Virus record (IMG/VR): IMGVR_UViG_3300030117_007745
Span: 32,001 to 96,000 of that record
DNA length: 64,000 bases
DNA from: a virus
Reading direction: 5' to 3' (one strand)
Shown here: positions 20,268 to 29,852 of the stretch, piece after piece
How the letters are laid out: the number at the start of each line of letters is the position of its first letter
Position numbering within the stretch: position 1 is the stretch's first letter
Position numbers and translations under genes: made by a program
Notes under the pieces: model-generated
Seen by the model: the letters and a program-made list of their open reading frames with translations, nothing else
Told to the model about the DNA's origin: nothing
Database searches by the model: none

Positions 20268-21239
20268 CTAGTTTACATGATTCGCTTTGCTATTTATATA
20301 CCTAGCACCATATGGATTTAAAAATTCAATCTCTTCAGAAATATTATTAAAAGTTTGTACAATCTGAGATGGTATATCAGAAACTATTCTCTTTATCTGA
20401 GAATTGATTGTATAAATACCAAGTTCGATTGAAGGGATTGCTACTCCGGGACCTGCTGCGCCGCCTGTGGTGTGTGTATGGCAAGCTAGCATAGATTCTA
20501 GAGCTGCCTGACCTAGGGTTAGCGAATGAATCATCTGAGCCAGTCTTCTACTATCGTCTACCATATACTTTAATAACTGCGCTAAATTTTCACCCTTTAC
20601 CATTGGCTGCAAATCTGAATCATCATCTCCGGCGATGATGTCAACACCAAGTATAACATCCATTCTTCCGCCCATTGAATTTTTTTCATCAGGTCTGGTA
20701 ACCAATTTTATACCTTCTCTGGCCATAATTCTAACATTATCGGCCTTGATTCCTATACCAGATCTACCTCTGGGGTTTCCAATTTTTCCGGGAACTAATC
20801 CAAAATTTAAATCTATGTCTGTTCTTTCTGAAATATATATTCTCGCTGAGTCTGCTACAAAATCATTATCGACTTTTAGTGTTTTATCTTTTTTGTCAAC
20901 TCTCCTAGCATTTCTCCCTGATCTACCTACTACTAAATCAATTGCACTAGCGCCGCCAGCACCGATTCCGCCATATCCGCTGCCGGCCTCTCCGGGTCGG
21001 TCGCGGCCTAAAACTATGTAACTATTGTTTTGCCCTTCGTATACTGTCTCGCATTCTACTTCATTAAAAATTGGTTTTGGTTCAATCTTTTTTTTACCCA
21101 TCAAACCGCTAGCATGATAGAAGAATGGTTCTTCTGGAATCTGATCGAGTCTTTCTTTTAAGTTTTTAGACAGGGCTTCAATATAGGGTCCTTCATTAAG
21201 CTGAACTCTTTCCCCACCATCGTCATATGATATTCCCAT
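20268..21239 (-). CDS. Central spike C-terminal (beta-helix) protein, gp5C/gpV/gp138-like
   Basis: Repeating short beta-strand segments (ARIYISE, IGIKADNVRIMAREGIKLVT) and an HTH (H-x-H) metal-binding apex motif in ACHTHTTGG. Follows the OB-fold gene. Confidence 0.7.
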   Translation of the reverse strand: MGISYDDGGERVQLNEGPYIEALSKNLKERLDQIPEEPFFYHASGLMGKKKIEPKPIFNEVECETVYEGQNNSYIVLGRDRPGEAGSGYGGIGAGGASAIDLVVGRSGRNARRVDKKDKTLKVDNDFVADSARIYISERTDIDLNFGLVPGKIGNPRGRSGIGIKADNVRIMAREGIKLVTRPDEKNSMGGRMDVILGVDIIAGDDDSDLQPMVKGENLAQLLKYMVDDSRRLAQMIHSLTLGQAALESMLACHTHTTGGAAGPGVAIPSIELGIYTINSQIKRIVSDIPSQIVQTFNNISEEIEFLNPYGARYINSKANHVN

Positions 21240-21253
21240 AGATCTACCTCCCC

Positions 21254-22642
21254 TTATGCAACCGCTTCTGATTTTGGAAGTGCTTTGTATTTTAATATCA
21301 CTTCGTAGTCTTCCTTGCCATCACTACCTTTAACGCTTGCATAGGTACCATCCGCCAGATTCAAACGCAATTCTGCGGCAATTTTTCCTGTTGCTTTGCC
21401 GGATGGGCCCAAATTTCCCCCCGCTAATAATGCCCTGTCGCCCTCTATTTTATAAACCACATCGCCATGGCTGGCTGCCGGTTGTTTCTTATTGTTCTTT
21501 GGAAATCTTGGTTTTACTAGAATATCCCCAATGTTTGCCACAATTTTACCGGGCTGATCTCCTAATAATGAGTATGCTTTCCATGGACTACTTGCGGAGG
21601 TTTTTCCCTTTGTATCACCATTGGCACCAATATAAAAATAATGTGATTGCCTACCAGAAAATTCTAAATCTCTAAAAATATAAGAAATAAATGCAGCGCT
21701 CCATGGTGCATCGTTTTTGTATTTCTTAGCTGGGTTTGCGTTTACGTTCTTCCAGTATTCTGCTATCCTGTCATACTCGGGCCGGCCGGGCTTATACTTT
21801 CCATTTCCCTCGTGCTTGCCATTCCAAAAATCTAATTCTTCTTGGGCTGCTTTGGTGACTTCTGTGTAATCTGTTCCCACTATAATCTTTCCTTCAGGGA
21901 TTACTCTATCTTTATTAGCTAATCTCTCAGAGATTTTAGTTATAAAATTTTTAGCGTATCCGGGGGGAGGCGCTGTTCCAGTGTACTCTGAGCCGTCTCC
22001 TTCTTCCACTTCTTCTTCGCCGCCGGGGGCTGTCTCCTCCGGCGGTACAGTTTCTTCTTTTTTAAATGCCTCGGTAGATAAAATAGTTTCTCTTGCGGGA
22101 AGCTGGGGTGTTCTGCTATCAACGATATCAATATAGATTCCACCATTCATCGTTTCTTTATTCTGAAAGTCAACCCACACCAATTGCCCCCTAGATGGCA
22201 CACTGACTTCAGCTGTTTGCGCTGTGAACAAAGGATATTGATTTATGATGTCATGATCGGGACTAGAAGTAGAATCATTTGGTAAGTCTTGAGGTATTGG
22301 CAAGCATGCATGAATTTCAGGTACTCTGACTCTAATTTGCACGAGGGCCGGCCCATCTGATGCTATATCGCCATGGATAATTGAATTTGTTGTCGCATGC
22401 CAACTAGTTGGGTCCATTGCAGCACCTTGATTTGTATACCCCTCAACTCTTAAAACTATTCCAACCATCGGGCCCGGGTTTGCTAGGTCCTGTGTTCCAA
22501 GTGTATCTTTGGCAGTTTTCATCATCGTGCTAAAAAAACTGACTTCATCAGTATCATAACTTTTTTTATGCTGACTATCAAAAGACGGGTTTAGGACTCC
22601 GTACCCTGCGTCAAGCATTTTATATCTACTAACCATCGCCAA
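21254..22642 (-). CDS. Central spike N-terminal protein: gp5-like OB-fold fused to a DUF2272/CHAP-like putative peptidoglycan hydrolase
   Basis: OB-fold motifs QIRVRVPEIH and P.RGQLVWVDF, then an acidic linker, then C-terminal PWSAAFISY...GDILV...SHGDVV...GGN. Confidence 0.72.
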   Translation of the reverse strand: MAMVSRYKMLDAGYGVLNPSFDSQHKKSYDTDEVSFFSTMMKTAKDTLGTQDLANPGPMVGIVLRVEGYTNQGAAMDPTSWHATTNSIIHGDIASDGPALVQIRVRVPEIHACLPIPQDLPNDSTSSPDHDIINQYPLFTAQTAEVSVPSRGQLVWVDFQNKETMNGGIYIDIVDSRTPQLPARETILSTEAFKKEETVPPEETAPGGEEEVEEGDGSEYTGTAPPPGYAKNFITKISERLANKDRVIPEGKIIVGTDYTEVTKAAQEELDFWNGKHEGNGKYKPGRPEYDRIAEYWKNVNANPAKKYKNDAPWSAAFISYIFRDLEFSGRQSHYFYIGANGDTKGKTSASSPWKAYSLLGDQPGKIVANIGDILVKPRFPKNNKKQPAASHGDVVYKIEGDRALLAGGNLGPSGKATGKIAAELRLNLADGTYASVKGSDGKEDYEVILKYKALPKSEAVA

Positions 22643-22919
22643 CCCCCTTTATAAGATCAAATAGTTCATTTTTATCTTGATCCGTCAGTCCCTGTTCTGC
22701 TCCGGCTTTCTTTTGTAGCAATGCACTAATCTTTACTAATTGCTCATTTGATCTTTGCAAAGTTTCAACGTATTTTGCTGCTATAGTGCCGACAGATCCC
22801 TTTTTGTCATCGTCTTTTTTCATATACTCCATCAACTCCATTAATAAAGTTGTGGTGATTGCTCTATCGCTACGTATGTTTTTAATTGCTTCGTCTATGT
22901 ATGCTTCCAAATCTTTCAT
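22629..22919 (-). CDS. Hypothetical helical phage protein (96 aa)
   Basis: ORF overlapping the next gene, predicted coiled-coil, preceded by the ACTATTTA motif. Confidence 0.75.
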   Translation of the reverse strand: MKDLEAYIDEAIKNIRSDRAITTTLLMELMEYMKKDDDKKGSVGTIAAKYVETLQRSNEQLVKISALLQKKAGAEQGLTDQDKNELFDLIKGVGDG

Positions 22920-22927
22920 AACAAAAA

Positions 22928-22935
22928 TAAATAGT
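22928..22935 (-). promoter_or_regulatory. Candidate late promoter ACTATTTA heading the tail/baseplate operon
   Basis: Located in the 33-nt gap between the sigma-factor stop and the first gene of the structural run. Confidence 0.6.
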
Positions 22936-22952
22936 TGTGCATTAAAAAAGTA

Positions 22953-23636
22953 TTATAAATCGCCTCTGTCCCATTTCTTTTTAAAAACTCTATATTTTAT
23001 TCTCATCTTGTTTAGATTGTTGACTACCTGTTTTGTATTAAGGCCAGTAATCTCTCTTATATAAAAATATATTGCTTTTTTATTAAAAATGTCTATTCGA
23101 TCTGGGTTTGAGAAAATTAATCTAATTGCCTCGTATACCTTCTCTTCATTAGGCTTCATGTTAGAAGTTTCCCAAGAATTAACCTCTTGCCAAAAACTCA
23201 TCCAAAATTCCTTTTCAACCCTCTTTGATTCATATTCATTTACAACAGTAAATTGTCTTATCTCTACATTTTTTGGTATTTGATCAAACTTTACTTCTCT
23301 TTTGTTTTCTAAAGTTGTTTTTTTAACCTTGTGGATAAACCAATTTTTAGTAATAACACTAAAATATGAAAAAGCTTTAGAGCCTTTGTTTGGATCGTAC
23401 TTATCTAATATGGTTGTAAGCCATATCTTACAATCATCTTTTAGCACTTCTATGTTTGGGAGGTTGGTAAATTTATAAGTGTAGATAATTTTATCTACCA
23501 TTTCACTAAATGCAGGCTCTATATATTCAATATATAAATCAGTTCTTATCTTTATATCATTTGTATTCGCATACTTAACGATTGCATCTTCATGAACCTG
23601 TGTAAAGTATAAGTTTTTCTTTTTTGCTTTTGGCAT
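22953..23636 (-). CDS. Phage RNA polymerase sigma factor, T4 gp55-like (late transcription)
   Basis: N-terminal YFT...AIV.Y and sigma region-2-like DKYDPNKGSKAFSYFSVITKNWF (cf. gp55-family FDP.K...F.YFT.I). C-terminal helix-turn-helix-like IREITGLNTKQV. Confidence 0.75.
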   Translation of the reverse strand: MPKAKKKNLYFTQVHEDAIVKYANTNDIKIRTDLYIEYIEPAFSEMVDKIIYTYKFTNLPNIEVLKDDCKIWLTTILDKYDPNKGSKAFSYFSVITKNWFIHKVKKTTLENKREVKFDQIPKNVEIRQFTVVNEYESKRVEKEFWMSFWQEVNSWETSNMKPNEEKVYEAIRLIFSNPDRIDIFNKKAIYFYIREITGLNTKQVVNNLNKMRIKYRVFKKKWDRGDL

Positions 23637-23935
23637 TATTCTTGTTCTTCATCTTCTAGGCCTTCGTTCGTTAGTGTATAGATGTCTTCAAATTCTTTTA
23701 TATCTTCTATTACTTGCTTTGAGTGCCTGATCAAAGAACCTAGTGTTTCGTCTCCATAATATGTCTCCAAGGAATGTAAATTATCCAAGTGACTAGAGAA
23801 ATTTTTGGCACTAACCAATAAAGATCCAATGCTATCAGAAACGTATAACAATTTTGCTAGCATCTTCCTAATATACCATATTAAAAGTGCGTTAATTCCC
23901 AAAGATAGAACTAGGGAAAAGATAAGTATACTCAA
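23636..23935 (-). CDS. Hypothetical protein with N-terminal transmembrane helix
   Basis: MSILIFSLVLSLGINALLIWYIRK hydrophobic segment and an acidic C-tail. Start and stop overlap the neighbouring genes. Confidence 0.75.
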   Translation of the reverse strand: MSILIFSLVLSLGINALLIWYIRKMLAKLLYVSDSIGSLLVSAKNFSSHLDNLHSLETYYGDETLGSLIRHSKQVIEDIKEFEDIYTLTNEGLEDEEQE

Positions 23936-24174
23936 TTTTTATACTCCTTTCTCATTTGTTCTTTATCCTCACGAACTTGCTGCTTGGCATCTTCAATGTG
24001 CTGCTTAACAACTTTACCAGCGTTATTGCTATTTAAATAAATTGGGACTTCTGGTATTTTATTTAGTGCATTTTGGGCCCCGCATGCTTCGCAGTCAGTT
24101 CGGTCCTCACTCATTGAATGAAAAACCTCAAAAACCTCTTCACATTCAGAGCACTCATACACATAGCTAGGCAT
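23932..24174 (-). CDS. FmdB-family zinc-ribbon protein
   Basis: MP.Y.YEC..C...FE....MS......C..CG pattern. Confidence 0.88.
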   Translation of the reverse strand: MPSYVYECSECEEVFEVFHSMSEDRTDCEACGAQNALNKIPEVPIYLNSNNAGKVVKQHIEDAKQQVREDKEQMRKEYKN

Positions 24175-24176
24175 TA

Positions 24177-24392
24177 CTATACCTCTTCAGCTACTTCTTC
24201 GCTGCCCATCTTTACAAGTGGAGGATTTTTTACGTAAAGTTGTGCCTCATCACCTTCTTTATCGGCTGCGGGTACAAATTCAAAACCCTTAATTACGGGA
24301 ACAATATCGCTTTGCTCCAAAATGCTCTTTTGTAGTGCCATCATAACGGCCCCCACTGCTTGATCTGAAAGTTTCATATATTCTCCTACCAT
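24177..24392 (-). CDS. Hypothetical protein (true start probably MKLSDQ at 24377)
   Basis: Fills the gap in the operon. GGAG RBS precedes the internal ATG. Confidence 0.7.
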   Translation of the reverse strand: MVGEYMKLSDQAVGAVMMALQKSILEQSDIVPVIKGFEFVPAADKEGDEAQLYVKNPPLVKMGSEEVAEEV

Positions 24393-25342
24393 TTAAAATT
24401 ATCTATGTAGAATTTTACCATCTTTTCTACTTCTTCGTTAAATATTTTTTCAGGTTTCCAGCCCAAAGATCGCAACTTGTCATCATTTAGGGCATACCTT
24501 ACGTCTTGTCCAAGCCTTTTGTAGCCAAGATCTACATATTGTTGCCAATTCTCGTCTGTTCCATGGTAAGCTTTGATGACTTTTCTAACAGTTTCCCTGT
24601 TTTCTTGCTCAAATCCGCCGGCGATGTTGTAAATTTCGTTTGTTTTTCCACTATTTATGATAGTTACAACTGCATTTGCCGTATCTTCAGCATGTAACCA
24701 GTTTCTTATAGGCTTACCCTCATCATGAAGTCTAATTTTTTTACCTCTCATTAAAAGTTTGACTGTTAAAGGGACCAGTTTCTCTGGATACTGGTAAGAG
24801 CCATAGTTGTTTGTAGGTCGAAGGATAATATACTCTAATCCATAAGTTCTTGCCCAAGATTTTACAAGCATATCTGCGGCCGCTTTGGAGGCAGAGTATG
24901 GATTACTAGGGTTTAGGGGGTCAGTTTCTATGTGTTCTCCGTCTGCTATGTCACCATACACTTCATCAGTACTAAATTGCAAAAATACGGGCCTTTCTAC
25001 AACATTATTTGGCTTTTTTTTGATTAATTCTAATAAATTGTGCACTCCATCGACATTTGTTCTTAAAAATTCTTTACTATCAAGAATACTATTGCCAACA
25101 TGAGTTTCTGCCGCAACATTAATGACATAATCGCAATCTGGTAAGCTCTTTAGCTCTGTTATATCCTCATCAATAAAAGTAAAGTTATCTTTATAATGAG
25201 TTTTGAATTTTCTGATCAAACTAGGGTTTGATGCGTATGTTTTGTTGTCTATACCATACACTTTCCAGCCTTGACCTAAGCACTTATTCGTCACATGAGA
25301 CCCAATAAACCCCAAACAACCTGTTATAACAACTAATTTCAT
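24386..25342 (-). CDS. rfbB: dTDP-glucose 4,6-dehydratase (RmlB-like)
   Basis: GCLGFIG, AAETHV, STDEVYG, PYSASKAA, NNYG.YQYPEKL and G.D.RYA motifs. Confidence 0.88.
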   Translation of the reverse strand: MKLVVITGCLGFIGSHVTNKCLGQGWKVYGIDNKTYASNPSLIRKFKTHYKDNFTFIDEDITELKSLPDCDYVINVAAETHVGNSILDSKEFLRTNVDGVHNLLELIKKKPNNVVERPVFLQFSTDEVYGDIADGEHIETDPLNPSNPYSASKAAADMLVKSWARTYGLEYIILRPTNNYGSYQYPEKLVPLTVKLLMRGKKIRLHDEGKPIRNWLHAEDTANAVVTIINSGKTNEIYNIAGGFEQENRETVRKVIKAYHGTDENWQQYVDLGYKRLGQDVRYALNDDKLRSLGWKPEKIFNEEVEKMVKFYIDNFKW

Positions 25343-25720
25343 CTAATCTCCCTTGTGAATCCTGTGACTGTCACTATCGAAGTGTTGTGTTGAAAATTCA
25401 AACAATTCGGTGTCCTCTAAAGCTATCATTTGGTGCCTTAAACCTCTGTAAACATGGAAGTTATCGCCTCTATTCAAGATTAACTCCTTTGCAGACTCAA
25501 TATCATCTTCGTCAGAGTACTTAACCAACATTTTACCTGACTGAATATAAAATACCTCGTCTTTTAACTCATGATAATGCCATGAACACCTCTTGCCCTT
25601 GACAAAATAGAGCAATTTTCCACAATATTCTTCATTATTTACGATCCACTTTTCAAATCCCCAACCTTTAGGGACAAATTTCATTGGTAAAGAAGTGTCC
25701 ATCACTAATCCCCTTATCAT
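25343..25720 (-). CDS. Cupin-fold sugar isomerase-like protein
   Basis: VPKGWG.E, SWHYH..KDE.F and H...A......E.ST cupin motifs. The start may be 25702 or 25684. Confidence 0.8.
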   Translation of the reverse strand: MIRGLVMDTSLPMKFVPKGWGFEKWIVNNEEYCGKLLYFVKGKRCSWHYHELKDEVFYIQSGKMLVKYSDEDDIESAKELILNRGDNFHVYRGLRHQMIALEDTELFEFSTQHFDSDSHRIHKGD

Positions 25721-26003
25721 CTATGTATAGGTCTCCGCTTGGTTTACCTAAAATTAACTGGTGGTATTTAACTTTCCAAGAATTTAATTGATTTTCCGTC
25801 AAAGCGTAAAATTCTTGTATCGCTAAAGTAGCATTATTGTTATACCTGCCCATCCCTCGGGCCGTAAAGAAAACTATTTCATTTCCTTCATCATAAAGCC
25901 TATTTATAAATTCTATTCTGTGATCATAGGGCTCTGACTTGTCATAATCTTCATTATCTTTTTTGTAACAAATTGTTCCGTCAATGTCAAAAACATATCT
26001 CAT
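25668..26003 (-). CDS. Minimal HAD-family phosphatase (capsule-biosynthesis type)
   Basis: DIDGT motif I, FTARG, KP..D.YIDDK motifs III/IV. Confidence 0.85.
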   Translation of the reverse strand: MRYVFDIDGTICYKKDNEDYDKSEPYDHRIEFINRLYDEGNEIVFFTARGMGRYNNNATLAIQEFYALTENQLNSWKVKYHQLILGKPSGDLYIDDKGISDGHFFTNEICP

Positions 26004-26380
26004 AACTTACTCAACGTGCTAGTAGTGGAATAACCATCAATATAATTAAATATTTTAACATCACACAAGTCGCTACCAACAACTGTGCTGACTGTATAAT
26101 CACCACCTTTAACTATTATATCAGGTTTTGTCTGTTTTATTAAGTTATAAGGAGTGTCTTCGTCAAATATATGCACTTCGTCAACATACTTACAAGAAAG
26201 AAGCATAAATATTCTGTCTTCCTGAGAAAAGACTGGCCTAGATGGGCCCTTTAACTCCCTGACACTAGTGTCGCTATTTAGGCCAACGATAACATAGCCT
26301 AGAGATTTGCAATACCTAAGCAGTTCAAAGTGCCCTCGATGCAATACATCAAAGCACCCATTGGTAAAAATCTTCTTCAT
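26000..26380 (-). CDS. rfaE2: Heptose-1-phosphate nucleotidyltransferase (HldE domain II / RfaE2-like)
   Basis: FTNGCFDVLHRGH, VGLNSD.SV..LKG..RP, KGGDY and GYSTT. Confidence 0.92.
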   Translation of the reverse strand: MKKIFTNGCFDVLHRGHFELLRYCKSLGYVIVGLNSDTSVRELKGPSRPVFSQEDRIFMLLSCKYVDEVHIFDEDTPYNLIKQTKPDIIVKGGDYTVSTVVGSDLCDVKIFNYIDGYSTTSTLSKL

Positions 26381-27117
26381 ACAATGCTAACCCCTCGTTT
26401 TTGAACAACTTTTGTTGCACACTGATTAGCAAATTTAATTGCATCAACTATGTCTTTTGTCCGGACATACTCAAAGCACAGGCCGGATACAAATGTGTCT
26501 CCTGCTCCTGATGTATCCTTCACTTCAACTGTTGGGACTGAATAGATATTGTTTTGAAACTCTGAACCGTATTGCCCTTTTGTTAAAATCACTTTTTGCT
26601 TAAGGGTGTCTGTAAAATTATCTCGATTGTTCTCGTATTCTTTATGATTTAGCTTAATAAAATTAAATCCTTCGGCCCAATCAGATAAAAGTCTTTTTGT
26701 GTCAATAAAAGTTGTGTGATGCATTCCAGAGATAGCATGCAATACTTCTTCCGACATATAACCTTTGTTATAATCAGACACAATCACAGCATCATAATCT
26801 TCAAAGTTTATTTCCTGTAGCTGATCCAGTGTCAGGGTTCCGTAAGAATTGTCGTTTTCATCAACACGCAGGAACATGTGATTTGTTCTGTTGTCCATGT
26901 ACCTTGTTTTTGTTATTGAGTCGTTGGTAGCGTTGGTAATTAAATCTACTCTTGCACCCAAAGATAGTAGGTTTCTTTCAACGTTCTTGGCCATACCCCA
27001 TGTTTCAACTGTATTTATCAGCTTAAAGACAGGGACAGGTGCATCAGGGCACAGACGGCTACAATCTCCGTAATGAAATACATCTTTGCAGCTTTCACCA
27101 AAAACTAATATTTTCAT
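26377..27117 (-). CDS. rfaE1: Heptose-7-phosphate kinase (HldE domain I / RfaE1-like, PfkB family)
   Basis: RLCPDAPVPV, TKTRY, VSDYNKG and DTSGAGDTF motifs. Confidence 0.88.
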   Translation of the reverse strand: MKILVFGESCKDVFHYGDCSRLCPDAPVPVFKLINTVETWGMAKNVERNLLSLGARVDLITNATNDSITKTRYMDNRTNHMFLRVDENDNSYGTLTLDQLQEINFEDYDAVIVSDYNKGYMSEEVLHAISGMHHTTFIDTKRLLSDWAEGFNFIKLNHKEYENNRDNFTDTLKQKVILTKGQYGSEFQNNIYSVPTVEVKDTSGAGDTFVSGLCFEYVRTKDIVDAIKFANQCATKVVQKRGVSIV

Positions 27118-28121
27118 CGAGTTAAGAACCTTCTACCAGTTTTTATTTGTTGTCTCCAATATTCTAACAGATCTTTCATTGTTTTGTCAAATGAAATTTC
27201 AGGCTCCCACCCAGTATGCTCTTTAAACTTTGATGTATCAGGCACCTGAAGATCTGCATCAATTGGTCGAAGGCGATCAGGGTCGATCTCTACCTTAATA
27301 TCTTTGACGGTAGATAATGATATAAGATGTTCTAACATTTCTCGAACAGTGCAGGTGTAAGACCCTCCAATGTTATAGTACTCTCCAGCTTGTGGATTCT
27401 CTGTAACCAATAAATAATAAGCTCGCACCGCATCTCTAACATCAGACCAAGTTCTAAGTGAATCTAAGTTTCCAACCTTAATAACAGGAGGTATCAAGCC
27501 TTCCTCAATCATTGCAATTTGCTTTGCAAATGTTGACTCTGCAAAAACATCTCCTCGTCTTGGCCCTGTGTGAGTAAACATTCTGGTTGTCATCACTGTC
27601 ATACCATATGCTTCTCCATAGAAGCGGCCAACCAAATCTGTGCCGACTTTGGAAATTGCATACGGAGAAGCTGGATGAAACGTTATGTCTTCGTGAATTG
27701 GCAAAAACTCTTTTGGCACTCTTCCAAACACTTCTGAAGATGCACAAACATGCACCACTGGATTTTGTCCGAGAACTCTGATTGCTTCTAAAACCTTTGC
27801 AGTACCAAGCACATTTGTCTCTAGCGTTTCTAGCGGAGCAGAAAAGCTTGTCTTTGGATAACTTTGTGCTGCCAAGTGAAATACATAATCAGGCTTTGAT
27901 TCCTCAAAGCATGTTATCAGCGAGGCCAAATCATTAATGTCAGCATTTAAAAGATGTACCCTTTCTTTATTGTTGATTAAGGGCATAAGGTGCTCAATGT
28001 TATCCATCTTATCATTCCATCGAACTAATCCATAAACTTCCCAGTCCGTATTCTCAAGTAGATAATCGGCTAGATGAGAGCCAACCATACCAGTGATTCC
28101 AGTGATTACTGCTTTTTTCAT
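27114..28121 (-). CDS. GDP-sugar 4,6-dehydratase, DmhA/DdahA (GDP-manno-heptose dehydratase)-like
   Basis: RW...MDNI.HL, HLAAQSYPKTSF, HVCASSEV, ASPY.ISK, RMFTHTGPRRGDVF.ESTFAKQIA and LRPIDAD match the 6-deoxyheptose dehydratase subfamily as recalled. Confidence 0.8.
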   Translation of the reverse strand: MKKAVITGITGMVGSHLADYLLENTDWEVYGLVRWNDKMDNIEHLMPLINNKERVHLLNADINDLASLITCFEESKPDYVFHLAAQSYPKTSFSAPLETLETNVLGTAKVLEAIRVLGQNPVVHVCASSEVFGRVPKEFLPIHEDITFHPASPYAISKVGTDLVGRFYGEAYGMTVMTTRMFTHTGPRRGDVFAESTFAKQIAMIEEGLIPPVIKVGNLDSLRTWSDVRDAVRAYYLLVTENPQAGEYYNIGGSYTCTVREMLEHLISLSTVKDIKVEIDPDRLRPIDADLQVPDTSKFKEHTGWEPEISFDKTMKDLLEYWRQQIKTGRRFLTR

Positions 28122-28906
28122 TTGTTTTTCTCCGCGTCATAACGATCTAAAAGGCGGCGTTGTGCAGTGAATCCGGGCCAGAATGGCTCTTTTTCTTTAA
28201 TATACACTGAGTATATTGTTCTACGCCATCGTGTTGGATGCATATTCTTGTCAGCTTTATGAAGTAATAAGCCATTAACTACAAGAATATCTCCTGCATT
28301 GTACTTTAATTGTTTTGTTGGTAGCTCATCAGAAAGTATATTTCCATCAGAATCTCTATAATCACTTAACTTCTTAGCATCTCCAATGGGCGCAACCTGA
28401 ACTATTCGACCCTCTTCGTCACGAGAAAAATTTGGGCTTGGATCAAAAGACAGCATTCCAAACTTATGACTTTTTGGTACGACAATTAAAGATCCGTTTG
28501 TCTCATCTGCGTCGTCTACAATTATAGCCAAGTTTATGTAATTGTTCCCGTTTGGGGCCATTGGGGCAAAGTTATCTTGATGCCATATAGAACCATACTC
28601 CAATGGATTACTCGGCTTACAGAAAAAAGTAGTCGAGGCTATTGGAATTGCGCGGCCTTTACATATTGCATCACCAATATCACACATCTTCTTTCCCCTG
28701 TGTGCCTGTTTGATGCTTTTATGAAAATGCATATCTAAGCGAACCGTAAAGTGTCCATTAGCAGCGTCGTCCAAGTCTTTTCTGATGATGTCTACTTCTT
28801 CGCTGTTCCACACCTGTGGGATTAGCAAGTACCCATTTTCCTCATAAAAATCGAGCTGATCTGGACTTAGTTCATACGAGTCCATATGTGTCCTTAATTC
28901 ACTCAC
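28118..28906 (-). CDS. PhyH-family Fe(II)/2-oxoglutarate dioxygenase
   Basis: Y.ENGY, WHQD, NG.L.VVP.SH, G(D)...LLH and R motifs. Confidence 0.88.
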   Translation of the reverse strand: MSELRTHMDSYELSPDQLDFYEENGYLLIPQVWNSEEVDIIRKDLDDAANGHFTVRLDMHFHKSIKQAHRGKKMCDIGDAICKGRAIPIASTTFFCKPSNPLEYGSIWHQDNFAPMAPNGNNYINLAIIVDDADETNGSLIVVPKSHKFGMLSFDPSPNFSRDEEGRIVQVAPIGDAKKLSDYRDSDGNILSDELPTKQLKYNAGDILVVNGLLLHKADKNMHPTRWRRTIYSVYIKEKEPFWPGFTAQRRLLDRYDAEKNK

Positions 28907-29852
28907 TACAGTTCTCCTGATACCACTTGATTGTTTTTTCCAAACCTCTCCCTAAAGTATGGGCTGGCTTCCAATCAAGCTCTTTCTCTGCTTTTGTGCA
29001 ATCTAAAAATAAAGATGTTGGCACAGTCGGCTTTGTTAAATCGTGCCTAATCGCAAGATCTCTACCAGAGCATTGTATCACTTTCTCAACCAAATTTTTA
29101 ATTTTTATTCCCTCTCCTAAGCCCACATTGTAAAGCTCATAGTTGCCTTCTTGCTTCGATAGAGCAGCCTCTATAAAAGAGATAAAATCTTCTACGTACA
29201 GCAAATCTCTTGCTTCTTCGCCTGTTCCCCATACATTAACAAGCCCATCCTGAGATGTCATTACCTTAGTGATTGTTGCCCCTGTAACATGAGACTTCTC
29301 CAAATCGTACTTATCGTAGGGGCCATATAGATTAGAATGCCTGATCACTGTGTGCTTTGTTTTTCCAAAGCCAGCATAAAATTTACACATGTTCTCCAAG
29401 TATACCTTTGTGTGGCCTGCTCCGTAATAAAAAGGCAGAATATCATCTGATGGGTTGTAGTCACTTTCCTTTAAGGCTTTTTCTGATTTTTGGTACATTA
29501 TTGTACAACTAGGGAAAATGAAATGCTCTATACCTTGCTCAAATGCCTCTCGTAAAAGATATGAATTCATTACAACATTGTCTGTTACGTGGATGTATGG
29601 CTTAGAAACAATATCTTTGGCTCCAGTTGTTGTGGCAGCAAACTGCATAACAATATCCACGTCTTTAAGAATATTTGATACCTGCTTTGGATCGCGCAGA
29701 TCACACTGCACCCATTCGACATCTGCATATTCAGATAACGCTGGTCTTTTGAAGTGAGTGGCCCTAATTTTATATTTGTTAGTCTTAGAATAAAAATCTA
29801 ATAAGTTTTTTCCTATAAACCCTGTTGCTCCACAAATCAAAATTCTTTTCAT
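28899..29852 (-). CDS. Extended SDR NDP-sugar epimerase/reductase (GDP-fucose synthase-like)
   Basis: GATGFIG, PSCT.MY, NLYGPYD, SHV and VWGTG...RD.LYVED. Confidence 0.85.
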   Translation of the reverse strand: MKRILICGATGFIGKNLLDFYSKTNKYKIRATHFKRPALSEYADVEWVQCDLRDPKQVSNILKDVDIVMQFAATTTGAKDIVSKPYIHVTDNVVMNSYLLREAFEQGIEHFIFPSCTIMYQKSEKALKESDYNPSDDILPFYYGAGHTKVYLENMCKFYAGFGKTKHTVIRHSNLYGPYDKYDLEKSHVTGATITKVMTSQDGLVNVWGTGEEARDLLYVEDFISFIEAALSKQEGNYELYNVGLGEGIKIKNLVEKVIQCSGRDLAIRHDLTKPTVPTSLFLDCTKAEKELDWKPAHTLGRGLEKTIKWYQENCSE

